Shown: positions 1 through 9,708 of the stretch, one piece after another | Position numbering within the stretch: position 1 is the first letter of the stretch | How the letters are laid out: each line of letters opens with the position of its first letter | From: Chthoniobacteraceae bacterium | GTDB taxonomy: Bacteria > Verrucomicrobiota > Verrucomicrobiia > Chthoniobacterales > Chthoniobacteraceae | DNA length: 64,000 nucleotides | Direction: 5' to 3' | Assembly: GCA_040081625.1 (NCBI GenBank) | Contig: JBEBGD010000015.1 | Location: 10,449 to 74,448 of the forward strand | Notes under the pieces: generated by a model | Database searches by the model: none | What the model was told of the DNA's origin: nothing | The model's input: only the letters and a program-made list of their open reading frames with translations | Program-made: the position numbers and the translations under genes

Positions 1-695
1 GCATCCAGCCACATGTCGTGATCGAGCCCGGGGCAAAGGTCGGCGCGCGCACGGTGCTCGGAGCGGGCAGTTACATCGGGCACGACGCGCAGCTTGGCGA
101 AGATTGCCAGCTCGCCGCGCGGGTCACCGTCGGCGCTCGCTGCGTAGTCGGAAATCGCGCCATCTTCCACAGCGGCGTCGTGATCGGGAGCGACGGCTTT
201 GGCTTCGAGTTCACCGCCGGCCGGCACGTGAAAATCCCCCAGACCGGGATCGTGCAGGTCGATGACGACGTGGAGATCGGCGCGAACACCACGGTCGATC
301 GCGCACGTTTCGGCCGGACCTGGATCGGCGAAGGCACAAAGATCGACAATCTGGTCCAGCTCGGGCACAACGTGCAGATCGGCCGCCACTGTATCGTCTG
401 CGCTCAAACAGGCATTTCTGGCAGCGCCCGGCTGGGGAATTTCGTGGTCGTAGGGGGCCAGGTTGGCACAGTCGGCCACATTTTCATCGGCGATGGCGCG
501 CAGATCGGTGCCCAGAGTGGAATCACCAAAGACGTCCCACCCGGGGCGGTGCTCTGGGGCACCCCGGCGATACCGATCAAGGAGCAGATCGATCTCCTCG
601 CCCGGTTCAGCCGGCTTCCGCGGCTGGGCGAGCGGGTAAAGCGCTTGGAGCAGATGGCGCGCGAGTCGGGGAAGACATTGCCCTCCGGCGAATAA
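1..695 (+). CDS. lpxD: UDP-3-O-acylglucosamine N-acyltransferase (5' truncated by window edge)
   Basis: Hexapeptide repeats, [26 protein letters not shown] and [13 protein letters not shown] motifs. The frame is open from position 3. Confidence 0.95.
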   Translation, partial: IQPHVVIEPGAKVGARTVLGAGSYIGHDAQLGEDCQLAARVTVGARCVVGNRAIFHSGVVIGSDGFGFEFTAGRHVKIPQTGIVQVDDDVEIGANTTVDRARFGRTWIGEGTKIDNLVQLGHNVQIGRHCIVCAQTGISGSARLGNFVVVGGQVGTVGHIFIGDGAQIGAQSGITKDVPPGAVLWGTPAIPIKEQIDLLARFSRLPRLGERVKRLEQMARESGKTLPSGE

Positions 696-754
696 TTTTT
701 GCCGACTAGGCCCTTGCGGGAGACCCCGGCCCGCGGCGATTTTCCGGGTGCGCC

Positions 755-1204
755 ATGGCCACAAAAAAACGCAAAGTTGCCCACGCTAAACTGCCGCTTC
801 AGCGGCAGTTCGCCTTTCCCGATCAAGGGAGGCACTTCAACCTCCGCGAGGTTTTCGACAAGCTGAACACGCTCTACTTTCGCAAACGGCTGAAGGGCTA
901 TCGCATCGAGTGGGGCCGCAAGCGCCACGAGCGTCCGGCGATCGAGATCGTCTTCGCGACGATCCAGGAGGAGGACCGGCTCATTCGCATCCACCCGTTG
1001 CTCGACCGCGCATTCATCCCGCGCTGGTTCCTCGAATACGTGATGTATCACGAGATGTGTCACGCCGTGGTGCGCGACCGCTACTCGCCCGCCGGCAAGC
1101 GCATCATTCATCACGACGAGTTCTACGAGAAGGAGCGGAAGTTCCGGTGGTTCAAGCGCGCGAAGCGCTGGGAGCACGAGAATCTCGGCCGCTTCCTGCG
1201 CTGA
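755..1204 (+). CDS. SprT-like/M48-related zinc metalloprotease domain protein
   Basis: IRIHPLLD...YVMYHEMCH (HExxH) with downstream HH..F motif. Confidence 0.75.
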   Translation: MATKKRKVAHAKLPLQRQFAFPDQGRHFNLREVFDKLNTLYFRKRLKGYRIEWGRKRHERPAIEIVFATIQEEDRLIRIHPLLDRAFIPRWFLEYVMYHEMCHAVVRDRYSPAGKRIIHHDEFYEKERKFRWFKRAKRWEHENLGRFLR

Positions 1205-1213
1205 CGCGGCGGG

Positions 1214-2095
1214 TTACGGCAGCGAGAAGTAGTCGCCGCTCTGGTAGTTTCCGTCCGCGAGCTTTGCGATCTGCAGGAGCACGTCGTTCGCGAGTGTGCT
1301 CGCGCCGAAACGGAACAGATCCGGCGTCAGCCAGTCGTCGCCGAGCGTTTCGCTGAGCATCACGAGGTAAGCGAGCGCTTCCTTCGCCGTGCGGATGCCG
1401 CCCGCGGGCTTCATGCCGATTCGCACGCCGGTCTCGTAGAAGTATTCGCGGATCGCCTCGAGCATCACGAGCGTCACCGGCAGCGTCGCGGCGGGCTGCA
1501 CCTTCCCGGTGCTCGTCTTGATGAAGTCCGCGCCGGCCCGCATCGCGAGGTCGCTCGCGTGGCGGACGTCGTCGTAGCTGCCGAGTTCGCCCGTCTCGAG
1601 GATCACCTTCAAGTGCGCGAGCCCGCACGCCACTTTCACCGCGGCGATCTCATCGGACACGCGCGCGTATTCGCCCGCGAGGAACGCGCCGCGATCGATC
1701 ACCATGTCGATCTCGTCGGCCCCGAAATCCACAGCCATGCGCACATCGGCTAGCTTCACTTTCAGCGGCATCGCGCCGCTGGGAAACGCAGTCGCGACCG
1801 CCGCGACCTTCACGCCGCTGTCGCCCACGAACATCTTCGCCGCGCGCACCAGATTCGGATACACGCACACCGCCGCGCAGCTCGGCACGCCGAAGCGCGG
1901 GTCCGCGGGCGCGATCGCCTTGCGGCAGAGGTAGGCGACTTTGCCGGGCGTGTCTTTGCCCTCGAGCGTCGTGAGATCCATCATCGAGACGATCAGCTTG
2001 AGTCCATCGAGCTTCGCGCCGGTCTTGATGCTGCGCTTGGTGAAGGCGCCGGCGCGCTCTTCGACCATGACTTGATCGATAGTGGGGGTGCTCAT
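1214..2095 (-). CDS. deoC: Deoxyribose-phosphate aldolase
   Basis: DLTTLEG, AAVCVYP, GADEIDMV, LKVILETGEL, DFIKTSTGK, KPAGGIR and FRFGAS motifs. ATG at 2095 overlaps the upstream stop (ATGA). Confidence 0.95.
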   Translation of the reverse strand: MSTPTIDQVMVEERAGAFTKRSIKTGAKLDGLKLIVSMMDLTTLEGKDTPGKVAYLCRKAIAPADPRFGVPSCAAVCVYPNLVRAAKMFVGDSGVKVAAVATAFPSGAMPLKVKLADVRMAVDFGADEIDMVIDRGAFLAGEYARVSDEIAAVKVACGLAHLKVILETGELGSYDDVRHASDLAMRAGADFIKTSTGKVQPAATLPVTLVMLEAIREYFYETGVRIGMKPAGGIRTAKEALAYLVMLSETLGDDWLTPDLFRFGASTLANDVLLQIAKLADGNYQSGDYFSLP

Positions 2096-2910
2096 GAAAA
2101 GCGGACGAGGTCGCGCAGGAACTGAACCCAGACGAACATGAGCCCGCGCCATGAATAGCGCACCGCCCCGTCGCCGGCCTGCGTGAGGACGCCGACGGCG
2201 AGATTGTGCGCGATCTGCGTGCGCATGTCGTTCTGGATTTCGAGCGGGAGGAGGTCGGGCTCGAACGGCGCGAGGTCCGCGGCGATCACGCCATTGCGCC
2301 GGAGGAACTCGCGATGGTTCTCGTAGAGCTCGAGGAAGGATTGGTCGCCACTCACGCGATTTACGCGCCACTCCGGCGCGAGCTTGAGGCTGTAGCTGAA
2401 GGGATAATTCCAGGTCGTCCACAAGCGTCCATCCTGGCCGCGCGACGAGAGGCTCAGGTAGTAGAACGCGACATCGTGCTGGTCGATGAGGCAGATCGCC
2501 GCCTGCGTGCGCTCGGCCTCCTTGTAAAATAGCCGGAAGAACTGCGCGTAGTCCTGCCAGTCCCAGCCGGTGTCGTCCGCGCGCACGAACCCCTCGCCCT
2601 CCACCTCCTCGGTCAGCGCATCGAGCGCGGGAAACGCCTCGTCGTTCGGCGGATGTTTGTGCCGCAGCTTCTTGTCCGTGGGCAAGGTCAGCCGCCGCAC
2701 GCGTGTGAGGATCTCCAGCCACGGCAGCATCAGCCAACTCGCCGCGCACAAGACGCCGACCGTCCAGAAACCGGTCATCAGCCAGCCGATCAGAAACGAA
2801 GTGGCCAGCACGCCGAGCGCGCCAAGCTTCTGCAGCACGACGCTGCGAAAACTGCGCAGCGCCATGGTGAGCGCAGCCACGCCGAAGATGAGCAGAATGT
2901 TTGAAAACAT
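2092..2910 (-). CDS. Hypothetical membrane protein (N-terminal TM helices plus soluble domain)
   Basis: 272-aa ORF with hydrophobic N-terminus, translationally coupled to deoC. Confidence 0.75.
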   Translation of the reverse strand: MFSNILLIFGVAALTMALRSFRSVVLQKLGALGVLATSFLIGWLMTGFWTVGVLCAASWLMLPWLEILTRVRRLTLPTDKKLRHKHPPNDEAFPALDALTEEVEGEGFVRADDTGWDWQDYAQFFRLFYKEAERTQAAICLIDQHDVAFYYLSLSSRGQDGRLWTTWNYPFSYSLKLAPEWRVNRVSGDQSFLELYENHREFLRRNGVIAADLAPFEPDLLPLEIQNDMRTQIAHNLAVGVLTQAGDGAVRYSWRGLMFVWVQFLRDLVRFS

Positions 2911-2917
2911 CGCGGGA

Positions 2918-3199
2918 TCAGACGCGGCGTTGCTGGGCCTCAGCCGCGTCCGGGCGAATGCTGTGCCGTTTTAGAAAGTCCGCAAGCTCCTCGGGGCCGA
3001 AATCCGGCAGCACGAGGTCGTCCACTTGCAGCGTCGGCGCGCGGCGCTGGCTGGAAAGCCGAAACATCTCGTCGTAAGCGGCGCGATCGGAAATCACGTC
3101 GATGAGCGTGTATCGGTAGCCGTGTCCCCGCAGCCACTCCTCGGCCATATCGCACCACGGACATCCCGGTTTGACGAAGAGCTTTAGCGGCGCGGACAT
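2918..3199 (-). CDS. Glutaredoxin/NrdH-like redoxin
   Basis: KPGCPWC motif and cis-Pro-type RAPTL, 93 aa. Confidence 0.85.
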   Translation of the reverse strand: MSAPLKLFVKPGCPWCDMAEEWLRGHGYRYTLIDVISDRAAYDEMFRLSSQRRAPTLQVDDLVLPDFGPEELADFLKRHSIRPDAAEAQQRRV

Positions 3200-3230
3200 G
3201 ATGGCCACTTAGCCGCCATCCCGAGCACGG

Positions 3231-3791
3231 TCAACGCACCGGCTTCGCGCGTCTCCACATTCCGCTCCTGTCCTTCTCCCAAACCCAGCCGTCCCGCGTG
3301 ATCGCCTCGCCCGGTCCTGCGGCGCCGCCCGGCCGCAGCGTCGGCCCGGCGACTGGCTGCGAAGGCGCCGGAGCCGGGGTCGCGACCGGCGCGGGCGTCT
3401 GGCGCAAGGCTGCCTGCCGCTGCGCATCGGCGTCCGCGATGCCGGCGGCGATGTCGAGATCGTTGGTGATCTCGCCGGGCAGCAACCGGAGCTTGTGGCC
3501 TTCGACGGCGAAACTGCCGTCCCCTTGCTGCATGACTTGCGTGCCGGGCTTGAAGCCGATGATGCCATCCGCAGTCCCGACGGATTTTTTCACGAGCAGA
3601 AAATAGGTGCCTGCCGCCGCGAGCCGCTTCGGCGCAGGCGTCGGCGGCTCCGGCTCCGGAGCGGCCTCCGCGGGAATCGCGGCGGGGATGGGCGCGGGCA
3701 CCTCGGCAAGGGGCTCGGATTCCGCGCTCTTGGGCGAGCAACCGGCAAGCAACCCGCCGAGCAGCGCGATCGCTGCGAACGAACGCATCAC
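3231..3791 (-). CDS. Hypothetical Pro/Ala-rich lipoprotein
   Basis: Lipobox LLAGC after hydrophobic signal. Confidence 0.7.
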   Translation of the reverse strand: MMRSFAAIALLGGLLAGCSPKSAESEPLAEVPAPIPAAIPAEAAPEPEPPTPAPKRLAAAGTYFLLVKKSVGTADGIIGFKPGTQVMQQGDGSFAVEGHKLRLLPGEITNDLDIAAGIADADAQRQAALRQTPAPVATPAPAPSQPVAGPTLRPGGAAGPGEAITRDGWVWEKDRSGMWRRAKPVR

Positions 3792-4201
3792 GGCTTCTTC
3801 TCTTCCGCCGGCTGCGGCTTCGCGGGCTGCGGAGTCGGCTCTGCCTTCTTGCCGCTGACCTCCTTCATCTGTTTGACGATCTTCTCCGAAGTCGAGTCGA
3901 GGTAAGCGCGGACGTTTTTGCGATACGTCTCGATCCCGGCCGGCACCTCTTCCGGCTTGAGCACGCGCACCCGCGCCGTCTCGGTCATGAACGTCGCCCC
4001 GGCCAGACGCAGCACCACGTTCTTCTGCATGTTCTTGTAGGACTCGACCGGGAAGACGTCGCCCTTGTCCATCATCCAGACCGCTCCGTCGGTCAGCTCG
4101 ACGCGCGTGTTTTCCACGAACGTCGCATAGAGTTTGAATTCATAAGCCCGCGCCGCCGTGGCGACGGCGAGCAGCAGGATGAGCCGGGACAGAATCCTCA
4201 T
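3788..4201 (-). CDS. Hypothetical secreted protein
   Basis: MRILSRLILLLAVATAARA signal peptide; ATGA overlap with the rluE stop. Confidence 0.7.
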   Translation of the reverse strand: MRILSRLILLLAVATAARAYEFKLYATFVENTRVELTDGAVWMMDKGDVFPVESYKNMQKNVVLRLAGATFMTETARVRVLKPEEVPAGIETYRKNVRAYLDSTSEKIVKQMKEVSGKKAEPTPQPAKPQPAEEKKP

Positions 4202-4839
4202 CGGCGCGGAGTCTTGCGCGGGCGCGTGTCGCGCGCAATCCGAGGTTTCGGGGCCGGCTTGCCGCCCGCGAAGACGAGTTTTCGCGCGTCGATTTCCAGC
4301 TCGATCCACGCGCCCGGGGCCAGCGCGCCCAGCTCGAAGTGGCCGGTCCTGACGCGAAGCAAACGCAGCGTCGGATGCCCGATCGCCGCGGTCATCCGCC
4401 GCACCTGGCGGTTCTTTCCCTCGATCAGCTCCATCGAGATCCAGCAATCGGGGATATCCTTCCGCAGGCGGATCGGCGGGTCACGCGGAGGCACCTCGGG
4501 CTGCGGATCGAGCCGCTTTGCCTTGCAGGGGCGCGTCGTGTAGTCACTGATCTTGACGCCTTTCTCGAGCGCCGCGAGTGCCTCCGCCGACGGCACATTC
4601 TCCACCTGCGCCCAGTAACACCGCGGGTGGCCGCGACGCGGATTGAGCAGTTCATCGGAGAGCGCCCCTTCATCGCTGAGCAACAGCAACCCTTCAGTCT
4701 CCGCGTCGAGCCGCCCGATCGGATACATCCCGCGCGGAAAGCCAAACTCCTTGAGCGTGCGCCAGCCGGCACCCTCGTCGGTGAATTGCGAAAGGACGCC
4801 GTAAGGTTTGTTGAACGCGATGAGCATTGGCTGGCCCAT
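4198..4839 (-). CDS. rluE: rRNA pseudouridine synthase (RsuA/RluE family)
   Basis: FNKPYGVLSQF, GRLDAETEGLLLL and EGKNRQVRRMTAAIGHPTLRL motifs. Confidence 0.9.
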   Translation of the reverse strand: MGQPMLIAFNKPYGVLSQFTDEGAGWRTLKEFGFPRGMYPIGRLDAETEGLLLLSDEGALSDELLNPRRGHPRCYWAQVENVPSAEALAALEKGVKISDYTTRPCKAKRLDPQPEVPPRDPPIRLRKDIPDCWISMELIEGKNRQVRRMTAAIGHPTLRLLRVRTGHFELGALAPGAWIELEIDARKLVFAGGKPAPKPRIARDTRPRKTPRR

Positions 4840-4886
4840 TCAGTATTCAGTGCATCCCTCCGCGCCACTGATTACTGATACCCGCC

Positions 4887-7412
4887 TTGAACCGCGACCT
4901 TCCCATTTTCGAGATCGAACACGCCCTCGGCGCCGCCCTGCGCCGCCAGCCGCGCGTCGTCCTGCAAGCGCCGACCGGCTCCGGGAAGTCCACGCAAGTC
5001 CCGCAAATGATCCTCGACCAAGGCCTCGCGGGGAGCGGCGAGATCATCGTGCTCCAGCCGCGCCGCCTGCCCGCGCGGATGCTCGCCGCGCGCGTGGCCA
5101 GCGAGCGGCGCTGCCGGCTCGGCGATGAAGTCGGCTACCAGATCCGGCTCGATCGCGTCGCCTCCGGGCGCACGCGCATTCGCTTCGTCACCGAAGGCAT
5201 CCTCCTCCGTCAGATGCTCGGCGACCCGAAGCTGCGCGGCGTCGGCGCGGTCGTCTTCGATGAATTCCACGAGCGCCACCTCTACGGCGACATCTCGCTC
5301 GCCCGCGCGCTCGACTTGCAGGAGCAGCACCGGCCCGACCTCCAGATCGTCGTCATGTCCGCCACGCTCGACTGCGCCGCGCTGGAAAAATACCTCGCGC
5401 CTTGCGAGCTGCTCACCAGCGCCGGGCGCACCTTCCCCGTCGATGTGGAATACCTCGACCGCCCGCTCGGCGACCTGCCCGTGTGGGATGCAGCCGCCGA
5501 GGCCTTCGAGCGCATCGGGCCGCAGACCGACGGCGACGTGCTCGTCTTCATGCCCGGCTCCTACGAGATCAGCCGCACCATTTCCGCGATGCGCGAGACG
5601 CGCGCCGCGAAAGGCTGCCTCGTCCTCCCGCTCCACGGTGAGCTGCCCGTAGCCGACCAGGACGCTGCCGTCGCCCGCTACGAGCAGCGAAAGATCATCG
5701 TCTCGACCAACGTCGCCGAGACCTCGCTCACGATCGACGGCGTGCGCATCGTCATCGATGGCGGGCTCGCGCGCATCGCGCGGTTCGATCCGTATCGCGG
5801 CATCAACACGCTGCTCATCGAGAAGATCAGCCGTGCCAGCGCCGAGCAGCGCACCGGCCGCGCAGGCCGCACCGCGCCCGGCGTGTGCGCGCGCTTGTGG
5901 ACCGAACGCGAGCACGGCGACCGTGCGCCACAGGAGTTGCCGGAGGTCCGCCGACTCGATCTCGCCGAGGTCGTCCTCACCTTGAAGGCGAGCGGCATCG
6001 ACGACGTGCGCGGCTTCCGCTGGCTCGAGTCGCCCGACCCGCGCTCGCTCGATCGCGCGCTCACACTCCTCGCGGATCTCGGCGCACTCGACGAATCCGG
6101 CGCGATCTCGGACCTCGGCCGCCGGATGCTCGCCTTCCCCGTTCACCCGCGCTACGCGCGGATGCTCCTCGCCGCACACGATCAGGGCTGCGTGCGGGCC
6201 GTCGCGCTCGTGGCCGCGCTCACGCAGGGCCGGAATCTCATGCGCAAAGCTGAGGGCAAACCGATGGACGACAAACGCGACGCCGTGCTCGGCGACGACC
6301 GCACGAGCGACTTCTTCACGCTCATGCGCGCGCATCAATTCGCCGAGGAGCGCAACTTCAATCCCGCGCCGTGCCGCGAGCTCGGCATCAACGCGCTCGC
6401 CGCGCGGGAAGCCGCGGCGCTGACCGCGCAGTTCATCAATATCGCGAAGGACGAAGGGCTCGACGTGCAGGCGCGCGAGGCGACGAGCGAAGCCATCGCG
6501 CGCTGCGTGCTCGCCGGATTCCCCGATCACGTCGCGATGCGGCTCGACCGCGGCACGCTGCGCTGCGCGATGGTCCACGGCCGCCGCGGCGTGCTCGCGC
6601 GCGAAAGCGTCACGCACGATTCGCCGCTCATCGTCGCGACCGATGTGCGCGAGATCGCGATGCGCGGCGACGTCGAGACGCTGCTGACGCTGGCGACCGC
6701 AATCAAAGAGGAGTGGTTGCGCGAGCTTTTCCCCACGGCCTTTCGCGAGACGACCGACGTGATCTTCGACAAGCTGCAGAAGCGCGTAGTCGCCCGCAAA
6801 GCCACGTGCTTCCACGATCTCACGCTGCGCGCGAAGGAGACCGACGACGTGCCGAAGGACGCTGCCGCCGCGCTGCTCGCGGAGGCCGTCGTGAGCGGCG
6901 AGCACTCGCTCGCGAACTGGACTCACGAGGTCGATCAATGGATCGAGCGGCTCAATTTTCTCGCCGACACCTTCCCCGAGTGGGAGCTGCCGCGGCTCGC
7001 CGACGAGGACCGGCGCACGCTCATCGAGCAGATCGTTTTCGGCGCGACGAACGTGCGTGGGATGCAGGACCGCCCCGTGTGGCCCGTGGTGAAGTCGTGG
7101 CTATCACCCGCGCAGCAGCAGCTCATCGACGAGCACGCGCCCGAGCGCTTCGAGCTGCCCGGTGGCCGTCGCGCGAAGATCACCTACGCCGCCGGCCAGC
7201 CGCCCACGATGGCGGCGCGCATCCAGGATCTTTATGGCATCGAGGGCGACATCAAGATCGCGGCCGGGAAGGTGCCGCTCGTCATCCAGATCCTCGCGCC
7301 GAACCAGCGCCCGGTGCAGATCACGACGAGCCTCGCGAACTTCTGGAAGGAGTCCTACCCGAAGCTCAAGCAGGAGCTCCAGCGCCGCTACCCGAAGCAC
7401 GAGTGGCGGTGA
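4887..7412 (+). CDS. hrpB: ATP-dependent RNA helicase HrpB
   Basis: APTGSGKST, DEFHER, MSAT, STNVAETSLTIDG, QRTGRAGR motifs and C-terminal RYPKHEW. Confidence 0.95.
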   Translation: MNRDLPIFEIEHALGAALRRQPRVVLQAPTGSGKSTQVPQMILDQGLAGSGEIIVLQPRRLPARMLAARVASERRCRLGDEVGYQIRLDRVASGRTRIRFVTEGILLRQMLGDPKLRGVGAVVFDEFHERHLYGDISLARALDLQEQHRPDLQIVVMSATLDCAALEKYLAPCELLTSAGRTFPVDVEYLDRPLGDLPVWDAAAEAFERIGPQTDGDVLVFMPGSYEISRTISAMRETRAAKGCLVLPLHGELPVADQDAAVARYEQRKIIVSTNVAETSLTIDGVRIVIDGGLARIARFDPYRGINTLLIEKISRASAEQRTGRAGRTAPGVCARLWTEREHGDRAPQELPEVRRLDLAEVVLTLKASGIDDVRGFRWLESPDPRSLDRALTLLADLGALDESGAISDLGRRMLAFPVHPRYARMLLAAHDQGCVRAVALVAALTQGRNLMRKAEGKPMDDKRDAVLGDDRTSDFFTLMRAHQFAEERNFNPAPCRELGINALAAREAAALTAQFINIAKDEGLDVQAREATSEAIARCVLAGFPDHVAMRLDRGTLRCAMVHGRRGVLARESVTHDSPLIVATDVREIAMRGDVETLLTLATAIKEEWLRELFPTAFRETTDVIFDKLQKRVVARKATCFHDLTLRAKETDDVPKDAAAALLAEAVVSGEHSLANWTHEVDQWIERLNFLADTFPEWELPRLADEDRRTLIEQIVFGATNVRGMQDRPVWPVVKSWLSPAQQQLIDEHAPERFELPGGRRAKITYAAGQPPTMAARIQDLYGIEGDIKIAAGKVPLVIQILAPNQRPVQITTSLANFWKESYPKLKQELQRRYPKHEWR

Positions 7413-7457
7413 GAAAACGCTGGCGTTGCGCGCGCCGATGGCTTCGGAGTGAAGCCG

Positions 7458-8498
7458 ATGAATCCACCGACGCATCGCCGCCAATTCGCCAGCGACAACT
7501 ACTCCGGCATCTGCCCGGAGGCCTGGGCTGCGATGCAGGAGGCGAACGACGGCCACTGCCCGAGCTATGGCGACGACCCATGGACACAGCGCGCGGCGGA
7601 TCTTCTGCGCGAGGTTTTCGAGACGGAGTGCGAGGTATTTTTTGTCTTCAACGGCACGGCCGCAAATTCGCTCGCGCTGGCGTCGTGCTGCCAGAGCTAC
7701 CACTCGATCCTCTGCCACGAACTCGCGCACGTGGAGACCGACGAGTGCGGCGCGCCGGAGTTTTTCTCGAACGGCACGAAGGTGCTCCTGCTGCCGGGTG
7801 AGAACGGCAAGATCGCGCCCGCGGAGATCGAGCGCGTGGTGCGCAAGCGATCCGACATCCATTTCTCAAAGCCCCGCGCGGTCAGCGTGACGAATGCGAC
7901 GGAGGTCGGCACCGTGTATTCGCCGGCGGAGTTGAAGGCGATCTGGGCGAAGACGAAAGGGCTCGGGCTCAAGCTGCACATGGACGGCGCGCGGTTTGCG
8001 AATGCGGTCGTGTCGCTCGACTGCACGCCGAAGGAGATCACGTGGCAGGCGGGCGTCGATGTGCTGTGCTTCGGCGGGACGAAGAACGGGATGGGCGTCG
8101 GCGAGTCGGTGGTGTTCTTCAATCGCGAAATGGCGCGCGAGTTCGAGTGGAGGTGCAAGCAGGCGGGGCAGCTCGCGTCGAAGATGCGTTTCCTCAGCGC
8201 GCCGTGGGTCGGACTGCTCGCGGACGGCGCATGGCTGCGGCATGCACGGCACGCGAACGCGATGGCTGCGCGCCTCGAATCCGCGCTGCACGAACTGCCG
8301 CAAGTGCGCGTGATTTTCCCGCGCGAGGCCAATGGCGTGTTCGCCGAGCTGCCGGCGGCGGCGATCGAGGCGCTGCGCGCGAAGGGCTGGCTCTTTTACA
8401 CGTTCATCGGCGCGGGTGGCTGCCGGTTCATGTGCTCGTGGGACACTCAACCCGAAGACGTGGACGCGCTGGCCGCCGACCTGCGCGAATGTCTTTAA
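7458..8498 (+). CDS. ltaE: Low-specificity L-threonine aldolase
   Basis: FASDNYSG, NGTAANSLAL, LHMDGARFANA and GGTKNG (PLP lysine) motifs. Confidence 0.9.
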   Translation: MNPPTHRRQFASDNYSGICPEAWAAMQEANDGHCPSYGDDPWTQRAADLLREVFETECEVFFVFNGTAANSLALASCCQSYHSILCHELAHVETDECGAPEFFSNGTKVLLLPGENGKIAPAEIERVVRKRSDIHFSKPRAVSVTNATEVGTVYSPAELKAIWAKTKGLGLKLHMDGARFANAVVSLDCTPKEITWQAGVDVLCFGGTKNGMGVGESVVFFNREMAREFEWRCKQAGQLASKMRFLSAPWVGLLADGAWLRHARHANAMAARLESALHELPQVRVIFPREANGVFAELPAAAIEALRAKGWLFYTFIGAGGCRFMCSWDTQPEDVDALAADLRECL

Positions 8499-8531
8499 CT
8501 CCCCGCGCCGTGCCTGTAGCAAGCGTCCGAG

Positions 8532-9158
8532 ATGCCGGACACGCCTGAACCGCCCGCGACTCCCGAGCCTCCGGCCGAAAACGAAAGCCGGCGGGAGGAC
8601 GATGCCCTGATCGCGCGCACCCAGGCGGGCGAGGTGGGCGCGTTCGACCCGCTGATCATCAAATACAGCCCACGCCTCTACGGCCTCGTCTATAACATGA
8701 CGTCCAACCACGACGACACGCACGACATGCTGCAGGACGTGTGGTCGAAGGCGTTCCGCTCGATCAATTCGTTTCGCGGCAAGTCCTCGTTCTATACGTG
8801 GATTCACTCGATCGCGGTGAACATGACGATCAACTTCCTGAAAAAGCGGGCGCGTCGCGCGCACCAGAGCCTCGACGATATCGACTCGGGCCTTCATCAA
8901 GATAAAGATTTCGTCGAGCTCGCCGCGACGAGCACGCCCGTGCGGGAGGCGAATCTCAACGAGCTACAGAAAAGATTGAACGATGCCATGCAACGCCTGT
9001 CCGAAGAGCACCGCACGGTTGTCACTATGTTCGATATTCAGGGGATGCCTCACGCCGACATCGCGAAAATCCTGAGTATCTCGGAGGGGACCGTGCGATC
9101 GCGACTCTTCTATGCACATCGGCAATTGCAAAATTTTCTCAGTGAGTTTCTCTCTTAA
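8532..9158 (+). CDS. ECF sigma-70 factor (RpoE-like)
   Basis: FRGKSSFYTWIHSIAVN (region 2) and EGTVRSRLFYA (region 4). Confidence 0.9.
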   Translation: MPDTPEPPATPEPPAENESRREDDALIARTQAGEVGAFDPLIIKYSPRLYGLVYNMTSNHDDTHDMLQDVWSKAFRSINSFRGKSSFYTWIHSIAVNMTINFLKKRARRAHQSLDDIDSGLHQDKDFVELAATSTPVREANLNELQKRLNDAMQRLSEEHRTVVTMFDIQGMPHADIAKILSISEGTVRSRLFYAHRQLQNFLSEFLS

Positions 9159-9164
9159 TCACCC

Positions 9165-9695
9165 ATGACCGAAGAACAGCAGCTCTCCGCGCTCCTGCGC
9201 CTCAAACGATACGAGCAGCCGCCCGCCGGCTACTTCGAGAGGCTTGTGCAGGATGTCCATCGCCGCCAGCGCGCGGAACTGCTCCGGCAGCCGCTGTGGA
9301 AGCTCGCGCTCGAGCGCGTGCAGACGATGTTCAGCGCGCACAGCATGGGGAGTGTCTCCTACGCTGGTGCGATGGCGGTCGTCGCGATCGCCGGGGTGCT
9401 GGCGCTCAATCTCGTGGGCTCGCCATCGCGCGATACGCCCGCGCCGCTCGCCCGGCCCGTCGCCAGCCCGGCGCCGGTCGAGTTGCGCGCGGATGCTCCG
9501 GTCTCGCCCCGGCTGCTTTCGCTCCACGATTCCCAGTTCGCTGTCGAACCCCCGATGATCGATCACGGCCTCAATAATGCGCGCCTTGTGCCCGCCAGCA
9601 TCTTCCCCGGAAACGCCCCTGCCCACCAACCTCGCTACGTGATCGATAACCGTCCGCAGAGCGTTGAGGCCACGAACGTGTCATTCAGCTTTTAA
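9165..9695 (+). CDS. Putative single-pass anti-sigma factor
   Basis: Starts 6 nt after the ECF sigma; LLRLKRYEQPP N-terminus and one TM helix. Confidence 0.65.
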   Translation: MTEEQQLSALLRLKRYEQPPAGYFERLVQDVHRRQRAELLRQPLWKLALERVQTMFSAHSMGSVSYAGAMAVVAIAGVLALNLVGSPSRDTPAPLARPVASPAPVELRADAPVSPRLLSLHDSQFAVEPPMIDHGLNNARLVPASIFPGNAPAHQPRYVIDNRPQSVEATNVSFSF

Positions 9696-9708
9696 GGAAT
9701 TGGCCGCC